Under the pieces are notes generated by a model. The model saw only the letters and a program-made list of their open reading frames with translations. It searched no databases and was not told the origin of the DNA. DNA of 64,000 bases, from the IMG/VR virus record IMGVR_UViG_3300032093_000005; one strand, written 5' to 3'. This document shows, one piece after another, positions 9,564-17,998 of the stretch; positions within the stretch are counted from its first letter, which is position 1, and the number at the start of each line of letters is the position of its first letter. The DNA comes from a virus. Lineage: Duplodnaviria; Caudoviricetes. The position numbers and the translations under genes were made by a program.

Positions 9564-12500
9564 TTATTTATCCGTAAGTTTTTGTTCAAGGTTTTCAACC
9601 TTCGCAGAAAGTTCCTTGATTGCTTCAACAAGAAGTGGAACGACCTTATGATAATCAACTGCCAAGTAACCATTATCTCTTGTTACAACCGCCTCAGGAA
9701 GAACTTCAAGAACTTCTTGTGCGATTACTCCAACATCATTTCCTTCCTTGCCAGACTTTTCATTCCAAGTATAAGTATTACCACTAATGGAAAGAACTTT
9801 TGCAAGAGGATCATCAATTGGAGTAATATTATCTTTTAGTCTCTGGTCAGAGGTATAAAATGCAGTAATATCACCAGTTACATTTAAATCGGAATTGATT
9901 TGAGTTGTTGTATTAATTGCTACCTTTGATCCAGATACTGCACTTAATTTAAGATCTCCAGATGATGTGTCAATTGTATTATCATCAGTTTGTGCTAATT
10001 TAATATTTCCAAGTTGAACAGTAGAACAATTTAATGTGCCATTAATATAAACATTTTTACCAATTCCTACTCCACCAGAAATAATTAAATCCCCAGTTGT
10101 TGAAGAAGTAGACTCTGCTCCTTGTGTCAGTCTGACTGTATTATTAAATGTTGTTTGTGATTTTGCTCTAATTTCTTTATTAAATGTTACGGGACCATCA
10201 AACTGAGAAAGAACTTGTCCAGATGCACCACCTTCTACAAGTAATCTCTCTTTAATTGTAACTTCATCAAATACGGCACTTAAACGATTAGGATTTTCAC
10301 CAGTAACTGTTGGTTTTGGAATATCATAAGAAACAACCTCTCCACTTGCTGCAGATGTTTTGGTATTTCCATTATAAAAATCTCCAGAATTGTTCATTCC
10401 AGTATATACAACAATACCACCAGAACGTTCCTGAGAGTTCGCTAAAAAGTTTTCTTGATCATTTAGTGTTTTAACCTGAACTTGTGGCAATCCAGTCGAA
10501 TAGTTACCTGGACCATATCCAAGATATTCAAAGGTGTGCCCTGACGCACGAAGAATAGAAGGTCTTCTGAACTCAATTGCAATTGGATTAATTCTACGAA
10601 TCAACGAGTTGACATCATGATTTTCTTGAACTGTTCCAAGAGATCCACGAATTACAGTTGCAGAAGTATCATTACCACTGCTGGTAATTCTCATAATTTC
10701 ATTATCAATTTGAATATAACATCCAAGTGGCAATCTTTGTGCTGTTCCAATACCAGTATGACTAATATTAATTGTGCTTCCTGTTGTTAACTCAGATGTT
10801 AAAATAAATGTTTGATTATCATAAAAAGAGACATTACGTGTTCCAAAATTTTCTCCATTTTCATCAGAAATTGCATTATTTGAAGAAAGTCCATGTTTTA
10901 AAACATATCCATTTGTTGCCGAAATTGAAGAGTTTGTAAGTGCTGTAAATGTCGTTACACTTTCTCTCTTATCGACAATGTAATCTCCTATATTATTATT
11001 ATTAGAATCAATTACACGGAAACGATTTCCAGAAAGAAGACCATGAGCATCGTAAGTTGTAAATGTTGTAATACCTGCTGAGGAGTTGTATGCTGTCCCG
11101 CTAATTCTAATTGATGAGTTAACGACAAAAGCGTATTGTCCAGTTTGTATTGTTGGATCTCCAACAGTTTTAGCGATTGCAATTGATGTTGAAGATCCAA
11201 TAGAAGTAATTCGATAATAACCATCTGTTACTGTTCCTGCACCGGTGATTTGAACAACGTCACCAATGTTTGTAGAAATTCCTGATGTTGAGACTGTGTA
11301 AAGAGCACCACTTCCAGCACCAATTTTACTTTGATCAAAATATAGAGATCCAGCAGTATAACCAGATCCAGGTGCCATAATTTCAACAGAAGTTACAATT
11401 CCACTACTCACAATTACTTTTGAAGTTGCACCACTCCATGAACCTGTTTGAGATCCATTAAGAAGTTTAACATTATAATATGTTCCATTTGTATAAGATG
11501 TTCCACCATTTGAAATTGAACCAGTTACAATTCCTGAAAGACCATGAAATCTTGCAAAAGTTAATGTTGCAATTCCAGAACTTGATTCAACAGAAGAAAT
11601 TGTAAGAGCAACTCCAACATTTTTAAGAGAGAGATCTGTTGTTTCACGTGTAATACTTTTCTTTAGATCATTTGTCTCAACCGCACCAATTGGAGCACGT
11701 TTTGCAAATGTTTTTGCTGCTTGAGGGTTATCATTTACATTATCTCTATCTAATTGAGGATATAAATCGACAGGTAATTGTCCATACTTAAGATTTGTAA
11801 AAAGATTTGCACTAATTGCATTACTTGAGTTTAAAACATATAAGTGATAAATTCCATCTTGTTGATTGAAAATATATGGAGAAATAATTTCATTTCTGTA
11901 AACAAATAAATTACTTTGCCAATCATTCCTTTCAAATCTTGGTAGATTTTGATCTCTAGTTGATGTTGTATCTGTAAATGTTCCAGCAGATTGTGTTACG
12001 CCCGTAATTGTATTTGTTGTTGTATATCTAAAGGTATATGCATCAATAATATTAGATACAATGAATCTACCATTGTATCCAGAATCAAATCTTCCCGTAG
12101 AATTTGTTGAACTTTTAACATTTCTAATTGTTACTACTTCACCAACTTGAACATTATGTGGAAGTTCAGTTAATACCGTAACTACATTTGAACTTTCTGA
12201 ACAAGATGCAATCAATCTTGGATTTTTTAAATATGCATAATCAGTGCTTGCAATGCTAGTTCTTGTAAAATCAGTGTCAGTTCTAACACCTGTAGTGCTG
12301 GATTCTTGAAGAATAAATCCCGTTTCTGGATCTTTTGCGTTTGCAAATTCTTTTGGAATAACAACTCTCAACTTATAAATTTTTTCGTCTAAACTTCTTT
12401 CATCAGAAATACGCTTCACATAAGCAAGATCTGTTGTTGGACCAAAAGTTATCGTTCCACCAATACTCAATGCATTATAAATTTCATTGTTTTGATTAAC

Positions 12501-14774
12501 GTGAATAAACCAGTTATTATTTTGACTATCAAATTGAATAGGTGATCCAAGTTCTCCAGATTCCCTGTCAGAAACTCTACTTAAAATGTGAAGATTTGTA
12601 CCACCTACAACTTGAATTGGTTTGTTTTGAAGAGCATTTGTATACGATGCTGCAAGTTTTACTGTATTATTATCTCCAGGATTAATTGCATAGTAAATTT
12701 GATGAGGATCAATATTTTCTGGCAAATCTCCATCATCACTTATGATTATGATCTTTTCACCCGTTAACAGATTGTTAGATCCAATTGTAAATGATGTCGT
12801 AAATCCAGTTGGAGGTGTAGTGGTTGCATCATAAAATTTAACAGAACTTGTTGTTCCTAATGCAGTTGTAAGTCCAGAAGAACTAATTGCATTATTACAC
12901 ATGTAAATATTTGCTTCACTAGTTCCAGTTCCCAAAGGAACGTATAACTTATCATTTAATTTTGCACCGATTCGATATCCTTGTGTAAGAGATGATGGGG
13001 CAACATTAATTGAGTTAAATCCAAAAAGATAAAGGTGACTTGAGATACCAACTTGAGTTGTAAGTCCTACGTTTAAAGATAACCACTCAATGTTATCTTC
13101 AACAGAAGAAACTGATCTTGGTGTGACTATAGAGGTAATAAAAGCTTTATTATCCTTATCAAATGCTTCTTTTTTAAATCCAGAAGAATTTAATGAAATT
13201 TGACCAAAGTTTGAGTTTGAGTTTGTAATTGATGCATCACCACCAGTTTCTGCATCAAAATGCTTATTAAATCCAATTGCAAATACAGAAACAATTTGAA
13301 TGAAAGCATCATTTGTAATTTTAATATGACTTGTTTCCCATCCTTGACGATAGATAGCGTCTGGATCTAAATGATAAACTCTATTTGTATCTGTTTGAGA
13401 TGCTCCATTTGGAAGATCTCCACCAGAAACAGTAGTGTAATCAATTTTTTCATAAGATCTAGAAGATTTATTATATTTTGCAAAGGCACGATCATCCTTT
13501 TGAAGAGATACTGCAGTAAATTGTGCAACAACGGTGCTTCTAAATCCTGATGCTTTGCTACCATCAGCATGAAGACCATTCATACCCCAGACAGAGCGTA
13601 ATGAACAGTTAAAAATGTAAGGGGATGCGCCAGATACAGTATCAGTCTCAACTGTTACTGTCGCTCCGGCAGCACTTGGACTTGGAATTGTAGGAACTGT
13701 TGAAAGAAGGTAAGTAAATGATGTTGAACTTAAAACAGATTGAACAGTTGTTGAAACATTATAAACCCCTACACCAACTCCTTTAACTTTAATTGGAGTA
13801 CCTACGTTTAAACCATGCTCTGTTGTGGTTGTAACTGTAACACGTGCGTCTGCAACACTGCCATTACCAGAAAATATTGAAGCAATTGTAATTGGATCTG
13901 AAGCAAAAGCACCGACAATTTGAAACTCTGGATCTCTCTTTGCAAAACCAAGAGGATTCGTTGGATATTTATCTTCTGCTTTAATTTCACGATATGCATT
14001 ATAAGCATTTGAGACTTTGCTATAATACATATCAAGATCGGTGAGACCTGTTGCAGTTCCACCAGCACCACCAATAGGCAATGTAATATTATTTACACCA
14101 TCACAAAATTCAAAACAAGTTACTTTATGGTGTGAAAAATTAGGTGTTGAGCGATAGATTGATGAAAAATCATCTGGATTTGTATATACCGTGCTACTTG
14201 CATCTGCATCAAAAATAGAAAATTGCCAAAAATAACAAGCACCAGTAATTCTAAAAATTGCAGATTTAGATACAGTATCATCTGTTGGATTTGGAACATA
14301 TTTTGGACGAATTTTGGTCTTTCTTAAATCAAGACCAACAATAGAAGTTCCTCTTGGAACAACAACACCACCATACCAACTATTAAACTTATAAAGAATA
14401 TTATCTTCTTGTGCAAGATCAAAGTTTGAATTTAATCCAAGTGAAAAAACATTTGTAGCAGTATCTTGACCACCAGATCGATTGACTGCTTTTGCTCCAC
14501 TGTTATTATAAACTGCATATCCAGGTCTATTATCAATTAAATGCTCACCGGGAAATAGTAAAATTGTGGTTTTTTCTACTAAATCATTATTATCTCCAGC
14601 AATATATGAGAATCTTGCCGCTTCTAATAATGCTCTTTGTATTGTTTTGAAAGGGCGAGCAAGAGAATTACCTTGATTCTCAATACTATCAGTTGAATCA
14701 AGATCATTTGGATTGACGTAAAGAATACGACCTTCTGTATTCTTGATAAAATTGTCAAGTTTATTCAGACCCAT
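9564..14774 (-). CDS. large virion structural/fibre protein with C-terminal S74 intramolecular chaperone
   Basis: SDQRLKDNITPI...TYTWNEK...VGVIAQEV..VLPEAV...VDY.K.VPLLVEAIKEL C-terminus; repeated T---HGL--G--V beta domains. Confidence 0.85.
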   Translation of the reverse strand: MGLNKLDNFIKNTEGRILYVNPNDLDSTDSIENQGNSLARPFKTIQRALLEAARFSYIAGDNNDLVEKTTILLFPGEHLIDNRPGYAVYNNSGAKAVNRSGGQDTATNVFSLGLNSNFDLAQEDNILYKFNSWYGGVVVPRGTSIVGLDLRKTKIRPKYVPNPTDDTVSKSAIFRITGACYFWQFSIFDADASSTVYTNPDDFSSIYRSTPNFSHHKVTCFEFCDGVNNITLPIGGAGGTATGLTDLDMYYSKVSNAYNAYREIKAEDKYPTNPLGFAKRDPEFQIVGAFASDPITIASIFSGNGSVADARVTVTTTTEHGLNVGTPIKVKGVGVGVYNVSTTVQSVLSSTSFTYLLSTVPTIPSPSAAGATVTVETDTVSGASPYIFNCSLRSVWGMNGLHADGSKASGFRSTVVAQFTAVSLQKDDRAFAKYNKSSRSYEKIDYTTVSGGDLPNGASQTDTNRVYHLDPDAIYRQGWETSHIKITNDAFIQIVSVFAIGFNKHFDAETGGDASITNSNSNFGQISLNSSGFKKEAFDKDNKAFITSIVTPRSVSSVEDNIEWLSLNVGLTTQVGISSHLYLFGFNSINVAPSSLTQGYRIGAKLNDKLYVPLGTGTSEANIYMCNNAISSSGLTTALGTTSSVKFYDATTTPPTGFTTSFTIGSNNLLTGEKIIIISDDGDLPENIDPHQIYYAINPGDNNTVKLAASYTNALQNKPIQVVGGTNLHILSRVSDRESGELGSPIQFDSQNNNWFIHVNQNNEIYNALSIGGTITFGPTTDLAYVKRISDERSLDEKIYKLRVVIPKEFANAKDPETGFILQESSTTGVRTDTDFTRTSIASTDYAYLKNPRLIASCSESSNVVTVLTELPHNVQVGEVVTIRNVKSSTNSTGRFDSGYNGRFIVSNIIDAYTFRYTTTNTITGVTQSAGTFTDTTSTRDQNLPRFERNDWQSNLFVYRNEIISPYIFNQQDGIYHLYVLNSSNAISANLFTNLKYGQLPVDLYPQLDRDNVNDNPQAAKTFAKRAPIGAVETNDLKKSITRETTDLSLKNVGVALTISSVESSSGIATLTFARFHGLSGIVTGSISNGGTSYTNGTYYNVKLLNGSQTGSWSGATSKVIVSSGIVTSVEIMAPGSGYTAGSLYFDQSKIGAGSGALYTVSTSGISTNIGDVVQITGAGTVTDGYYRITSIGSSTSIAIAKTVGDPTIQTGQYAFVVNSSIRISGTAYNSSAGITTFTTYDAHGLLSGNRFRVIDSNNNNIGDYIVDKRESVTTFTALTNSSISATNGYVLKHGLSSNNAISDENGENFGTRNVSFYDNQTFILTSELTTGSTINISHTGIGTAQRLPLGCYIQIDNEIMRITSSGNDTSATVIRGSLGTVQENHDVNSLIRRINPIAIEFRRPSILRASGHTFEYLGYGPGNYSTGLPQVQVKTLNDQENFLANSQERSGGIVVYTGMNNSGDFYNGNTKTSAASGEVVSYDIPKPTVTGENPNRLSAVFDEVTIKERLLVEGGASGQVLSQFDGPVTFNKEIRAKSQTTFNNTVRLTQGAESTSSTTGDLIISGGVGIGKNVYINGTLNCSTVQLGNIKLAQTDDNTIDTSSGDLKLSAVSGSKVAINTTTQINSDLNVTGDITAFYTSDQRLKDNITPIDDPLAKVLSISGNTYTWNEKSGKEGNDVGVIAQEVLEVLPEAVVTRDNGYLAVDYHKVVPLLVEAIKELSAKVENLEQKLTDK

Positions 14775-14806
14775 TTTTATTGATTTTAACTCTTATTATC
14801 TTCTAT

Positions 14807-15112
14807 TTAGTTAGTCAAATCTTCCTCATCATACTCATATTCTATCTCTTCTGGCATATCTTCAGGATTTTCTAACTCAACTGGAAAGAGACAGGGGTGT
14901 GCCTCCTCATCAATCAAGTAGAAAGAACTTCTATATAAATCGTCTGGTTCAAATGTGCGATTCTTATCTGCTTCTCTGCACAAATCTTGATCGTATAAGT
15001 GTCCCTCTGGCAACTCATCGAAGGTAAATGGAACAGAGTTGATAAAATACATCTTCACAATCATACTGCCGTCATTGTACCAGCAGTATGCAGAATCTAT
15101 ACGATAAGACAT
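14807..15112 (-). CDS. conserved-looking hypothetical protein
   Basis: Start reset to MSYRIDSAYCWY (ATG 15112); the longer tracked start lies inside the tRNA. Confidence 0.75.
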   Translation of the reverse strand: MSYRIDSAYCWYNDGSMIVKMYFINSVPFTFDELPEGHLYDQDLCREADKNRTFEPDDLYRSSFYLIDEEAHPCLFPVELENPEDMPEEIEYEYDEEDLTN

Positions 15113-15145
15113 AGGGGTTTTCCCATATCTTATATTTATTTTTAG

Positions 15146-15427
15146 TAGGAGCGGCGAGACTTGAACTCGCATAGCCGAAGCCGACGGATTTTCTTACCAC
15201 TACGACTTTCGCCGCCTCATAGAGTTTGTGGTCTGGACTATACCTTCACCATATCTTGTGATTTAGGTGCTCCCCGTCTAGTCTCTACACCTTCATCTTT
15301 CGATGCTTGGCTCGGTATTGCCATTTTACAGGTTTCACCGAATTTGAGGAGTTACACTCATGAGGTTTCCCAAATGAGGCTCAATTTTACATAAGTCCGT
15401 TGTGTCTACCAATTCCACCACGCTCCC
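15146..15427 (-). tRNA. trnL: tRNA-Leu(UAA), split by a group I intron (exons 15427-15393 and 15192-15146)
   Basis: Exon 1 GGGAGCGTGGTGGAATTGGTAGACACAACGGACTT + exon 2 AAAATCCGTCGGCTTCGGCTATGCGAGTTCAAGTCTCGCCGCTCCTA gives anticodon arm ACGGA-CTTAAAA-TCCGT, a long variable arm and a paired acceptor stem; no encoded CCA. Confidence 0.93.
15193..15392 (-). ncRNA. group I (IC3-like) self-splicing intron, 200 nt, no ORF
   Basis: P AAATTCGGTGAAA, Q AATACCGAGC, R GTGTAGAGACTAGACGG, S GAAGGTATAGTCC; P7 GACTA/TAGTC; terminal G; U.G at 5' splice site with TTGAG guide. Confidence 0.92.
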
Positions 15428-15440
15428 GTGATGTGAGACC

Positions 15441-15469
15441 ATTATAACTCAAAGAGTTGTAGTGGTCAA
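15441..15469 (-). promoter_or_regulatory. sigma70-type promoter for tRNA-Leu
   Basis: TTGACC-N17-TATAAT, 13 nt upstream of the tRNA 5' end. Confidence 0.75.
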
Positions 15470-15470
15470 G

Positions 15471-15544
15471 TGCAGGTTGTGGGGATCGAACCCACCTTAG
15501 CCGAATTATGAGTTCGGTGCTTTCAACCAGAGAGCTAAACCTGC
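15471..15544 (-). tRNA. tRNA with CAU anticodon (elongator Met or lysidine-type Ile2)
   Basis: GCAGGTT/AACCTGC acceptor, CCGAA-CTCATAA-TTCGG anticodon arm, GGTTCGATCC T-loop; lacks the initiator C1:A72 mismatch. Confidence 0.9.
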
Positions 15545-15548
15545 ACGA

Positions 15549-15620
15549 TGGGAACAGCGGGAGTTGAACCCGCGCTAAGCACTTATAAGGTGCCCGCTCT
15601 AACCATTAAGCTATGCTCCC
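15549..15620 (-). tRNA. trnI: tRNA-Ile(UAU)
   Basis: GGGAGCA/TGTTCCC acceptor, GGCAC-CTTATAA-GTGCT anticodon arm, GGTTCAACTCC T-loop. Confidence 0.88.
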
Positions 15621-15637
15621 ATAAAAAACTCAGAGTA

Positions 15638-15811
15638 TCACTGAGCTTCGTTGTTTAATTCAGTGTGTATTCGTATCAGATCGTCGTCTGCGGGCATCAT
15701 TACTGCTGCCTTTCCATTCTCATCCACAATACCTAAAGTTTCTCCATTTTCAACTCGTCCCATCAGTTCATCAAACCTCTCTTGAAACTCTTCCACTGTG
15801 AAAATTTCCAT
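15638..15811 (-). CDS. Phd/YefM antitoxin-like small protein (57 aa), not in ORF track
   Basis: Manual translation MEIFTVEEFQERFDELMGRVENGETLGIVDENGKAAVMMP matches the Phd-fold pattern (E-----F-EL---V--GE---I---G-----L-P). Confidence 0.6.
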   Translation of the reverse strand: MEIFTVEEFQERFDELMGRVENGETLGIVDENGKAAVMMPADDDLIRIHTELNNEAQ

Positions 15812-15817
15812 TTCCGA

Positions 15818-15833
15818 TATTTATATTATAGCA
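15818..15833 (-). promoter_or_regulatory. overlapping extended -10 (TGCTATAAT) and late (TATAAATA) promoter motifs
   Basis: Minus strand reads TGCTATAATATAAATA immediately before the Phd-like gene and tRNA cluster. Confidence 0.6.
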
Positions 15834-16034
15834 TCACTCGCCATAAACTGCAAGGTCTGCGTATTCAATTTGATCGGGTTCAAGATTAGCAGTGACAACT
15901 TCAAGGACGTTCATAAACTCTTGAACAGTATCACATTCTACCAGACGCTCGTTGCCTTGATCACTCAGGAGCAAGAAGGTACGACTGCATACATCAATTA
16001 CAATGCCCTGTACGGTCTCTTGTGCAGTGCTCAT
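15834..16034 (-). CDS. hypothetical protein
   Basis: ORF track; consensus promoter upstream. Confidence 0.8.
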   Translation of the reverse strand: MSTAQETVQGIVIDVCSRTFLLLSDQGNERLVECDTVQEFMNVLEVVTANLEPDQIEYADLAVYGE

Positions 16035-16059
16035 GGGGTGTTCCGTTGATTACCCCCAT

Positions 16060-16088
16060 ATTATAGGGGGTCTTGGTGCTGGTGTCAA
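16060..16088 (-). promoter_or_regulatory. consensus sigma70 promoter
   Basis: TTGACA-N17-TATAAT, perfect match. Confidence 0.85.
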
Positions 16089-16095
16089 GAGGTCT

Positions 16096-16773
16096 TTAAG
16101 AGTAATTTTTAATTACACCAATGGACCCAACGATTCTTGTGTTTTCTTCTTGAAGATCTTTAATTGTAAAATTCTGCCCATATCTCTCAAACTCATATTC
16201 TCTTCTTTCAGTTTTAATTTGATTTGAGCTAGTAATTAAACTTGTTAGTTCACTTCTTAAAGATACAATTTGCGATTGCTTTGATGTTATAGATGATGCG
16301 TGTGAGACGCAAACTGAAGATGTACAAGGTATTCTGTAACAAGAAGACAAGTTACCATATAAACTTCCGATTCCAGACTGTGTAGAATCATTTTGTGTGT
16401 AAACTAACCACGTACCTATACCTACATTTGATGTGACCAAAAATGTGCTAGTACTATCAAAAGGATCTTCACCGTTATAAGTTGGTGAGGACATATTTTC
16501 ACTATAAACTCTTACAACATCAGGAAAAACAGTTGAAACGCCAACAGTTGTTCCACACCCAACAGCATATGCATTTTGTGAAAGAGATACTATTTCCGTT
16601 TGAAGAACAACTATTGATGCTGCAATAGAAACTATCTTTTTATCAATGTTTGTACAAGGGGGTGAAAATGATTCGATGCTTTCTTGCGATTCTCCTTTAC
16701 TCTCATTGAGGAAAGAGATTGCATCCGTATTTGCAGATAATTTTTCACTTAATATTTCACTTAGAAATTTCAT
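16096..16773 (-). CDS. hypothetical protein in baseplate/tail block
   Basis: ORF track; coiled-coil ends around a Ser/Thr/Gly-rich core. Confidence 0.75.
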   Translation of the reverse strand: MKFLSEILSEKLSANTDAISFLNESKGESQESIESFSPPCTNIDKKIVSIAASIVVLQTEIVSLSQNAYAVGCGTTVGVSTVFPDVVRVYSENMSSPTYNGEDPFDSTSTFLVTSNVGIGTWLVYTQNDSTQSGIGSLYGNLSSCYRIPCTSSVCVSHASSITSKQSQIVSLRSELTSLITSSNQIKTERREYEFERYGQNFTIKDLQEENTRIVGSIGVIKNYS

Positions 16774-17431
16774 TTATTTTCTCCTTCAGTTCTTCAATTT
16801 GTTTTTGTTGTTCTTTAATTGCTTCAATTAAAAGACCGACAATGTTTCCATATTGGACACCTTTGTATCCATCAGGATTTTCTCCAACAACTTCTGGTAT
16901 GATTTGTTCAACTTCTTGTGCAATAACTCCAATTTGTGGTTGTTTAGTTTCTTTAAAGTCAAAAGATACTCCACGAAGAGCAGAAACTTTATCTAGTGCA
17001 TTTTCAATTGTATGAACATTTTCTTTGAGTCGTATGTCGGAAGTTGGGAGTTTCTTACCTAATGCAAGTTCTGCTTCTAGATCCTTACCATTAATTCTAA
17101 CCTTTCCAAAAAAATTAGTTCTACCAATAACGGTTAATCTTCCAGATATGTAACTTAGTCCAAATAGATAAACTCCAGAAAAATTCAGAATTTTTCCCCT
17201 AGTTCCTATAATATTTGGAGGTGCTTTTAAATTAAATGGATTTTTAAGCATCCATAAATTTCCACAAACAGCTTGCTCACCAAGAATTAAAGAATTACTT
17301 TGTCCTATTAACTGCCCAGTGACTTTTACATTTTGATTAAAAGTGCTATTATCGTGATAAAATTTTTCTTTACCTTTTTCAGGAAGAGTTGGAAATCCAA
17401 TTAAACTGAATAAAGTATTTACTACTGACAT
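16757..17431 (-). CDS. short fibre/spike-associated protein with S74 chaperone domain
   Basis: SDIRLKENVHTIENALDKVSALRGVSFD...IGVIAQEVEQIIPEVV...VQYGNIVGLLIEAIKE. Confidence 0.85.
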   Translation of the reverse strand: MSVVNTLFSLIGFPTLPEKGKEKFYHDNSTFNQNVKVTGQLIGQSNSLILGEQAVCGNLWMLKNPFNLKAPPNIIGTRGKILNFSGVYLFGLSYISGRLTVIGRTNFFGKVRINGKDLEAELALGKKLPTSDIRLKENVHTIENALDKVSALRGVSFDFKETKQPQIGVIAQEVEQIIPEVVGENPDGYKGVQYGNIVGLLIEAIKEQQKQIEELKEKINEISK

Positions 17432-17997
17432 TAACCTACTCCTACAATTGCTTTAATTGCGCCAATTACATTTAATCCACCAACAAACACATCAGTAATA
17501 TATTCATTTCCTACAGGTGAGAGTGAGAATGCTCTCTTTCCAAAAGAGTCAAGAATAGCATTACCAGTCAGTGCTACTTGATCTATTTTGTTTGCTTTCA
17601 TAATAATGCGACCAGATCCTGATATTGCATTAATATTTCTACCCGCTTTTAAATCTAAATCTTCTACTGCCTCAATCATAATAGTTTTTCCTTTGATCTT
17701 CACTGTACCATTACTCATTGCAGTGATACAAATATCTCCACCCATTCCAGTGAGACAAATATCAACATTTCCCTCAGATCCTGTATTTCCAGCGACGATT
17801 TCAATTCCTTTATCATTTAAAATCTTATAAGACCCTGTTTCAGTAAAAGTCTGCAAATGAACATCATTATCATTTGTATAAGCATACATGTGATAAACAG
17901 ATGTTCCATCCATTCCCATTAAGGGATCATTTGTAGTAATTCTAAATTTTGGTCCTACACTAATATAATCTCTTGCTTCGTAATTTCTATGAGTCAT
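17431..17997 (-). CDS. gp5-associated spike/beta-helix protein
   Basis: Directly follows gp5; alternating beta-strand pattern (DICITAMSNGTVKIKGKTIMIEA). Confidence 0.55.
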   Translation of the reverse strand: MTHRNYEARDYISVGPKFRITTNDPLMGMDGTSVYHMYAYTNDNDVHLQTFTETGSYKILNDKGIEIVAGNTGSEGNVDICLTGMGGDICITAMSNGTVKIKGKTIMIEAVEDLDLKAGRNINAISGSGRIIMKANKIDQVALTGNAILDSFGKRAFSLSPVGNEYITDVFVGGLNVIGAIKAIVGVG

Positions 17998-17998
17998 T

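Noticed and set aside
15161-15394. 77-aa plus-strand ORF over the tRNA-Leu intron (possible intron-encoded protein)
   Set aside because: Antisense to the intron, with no nuclease motif; the intron core leaves no room for a coding insert
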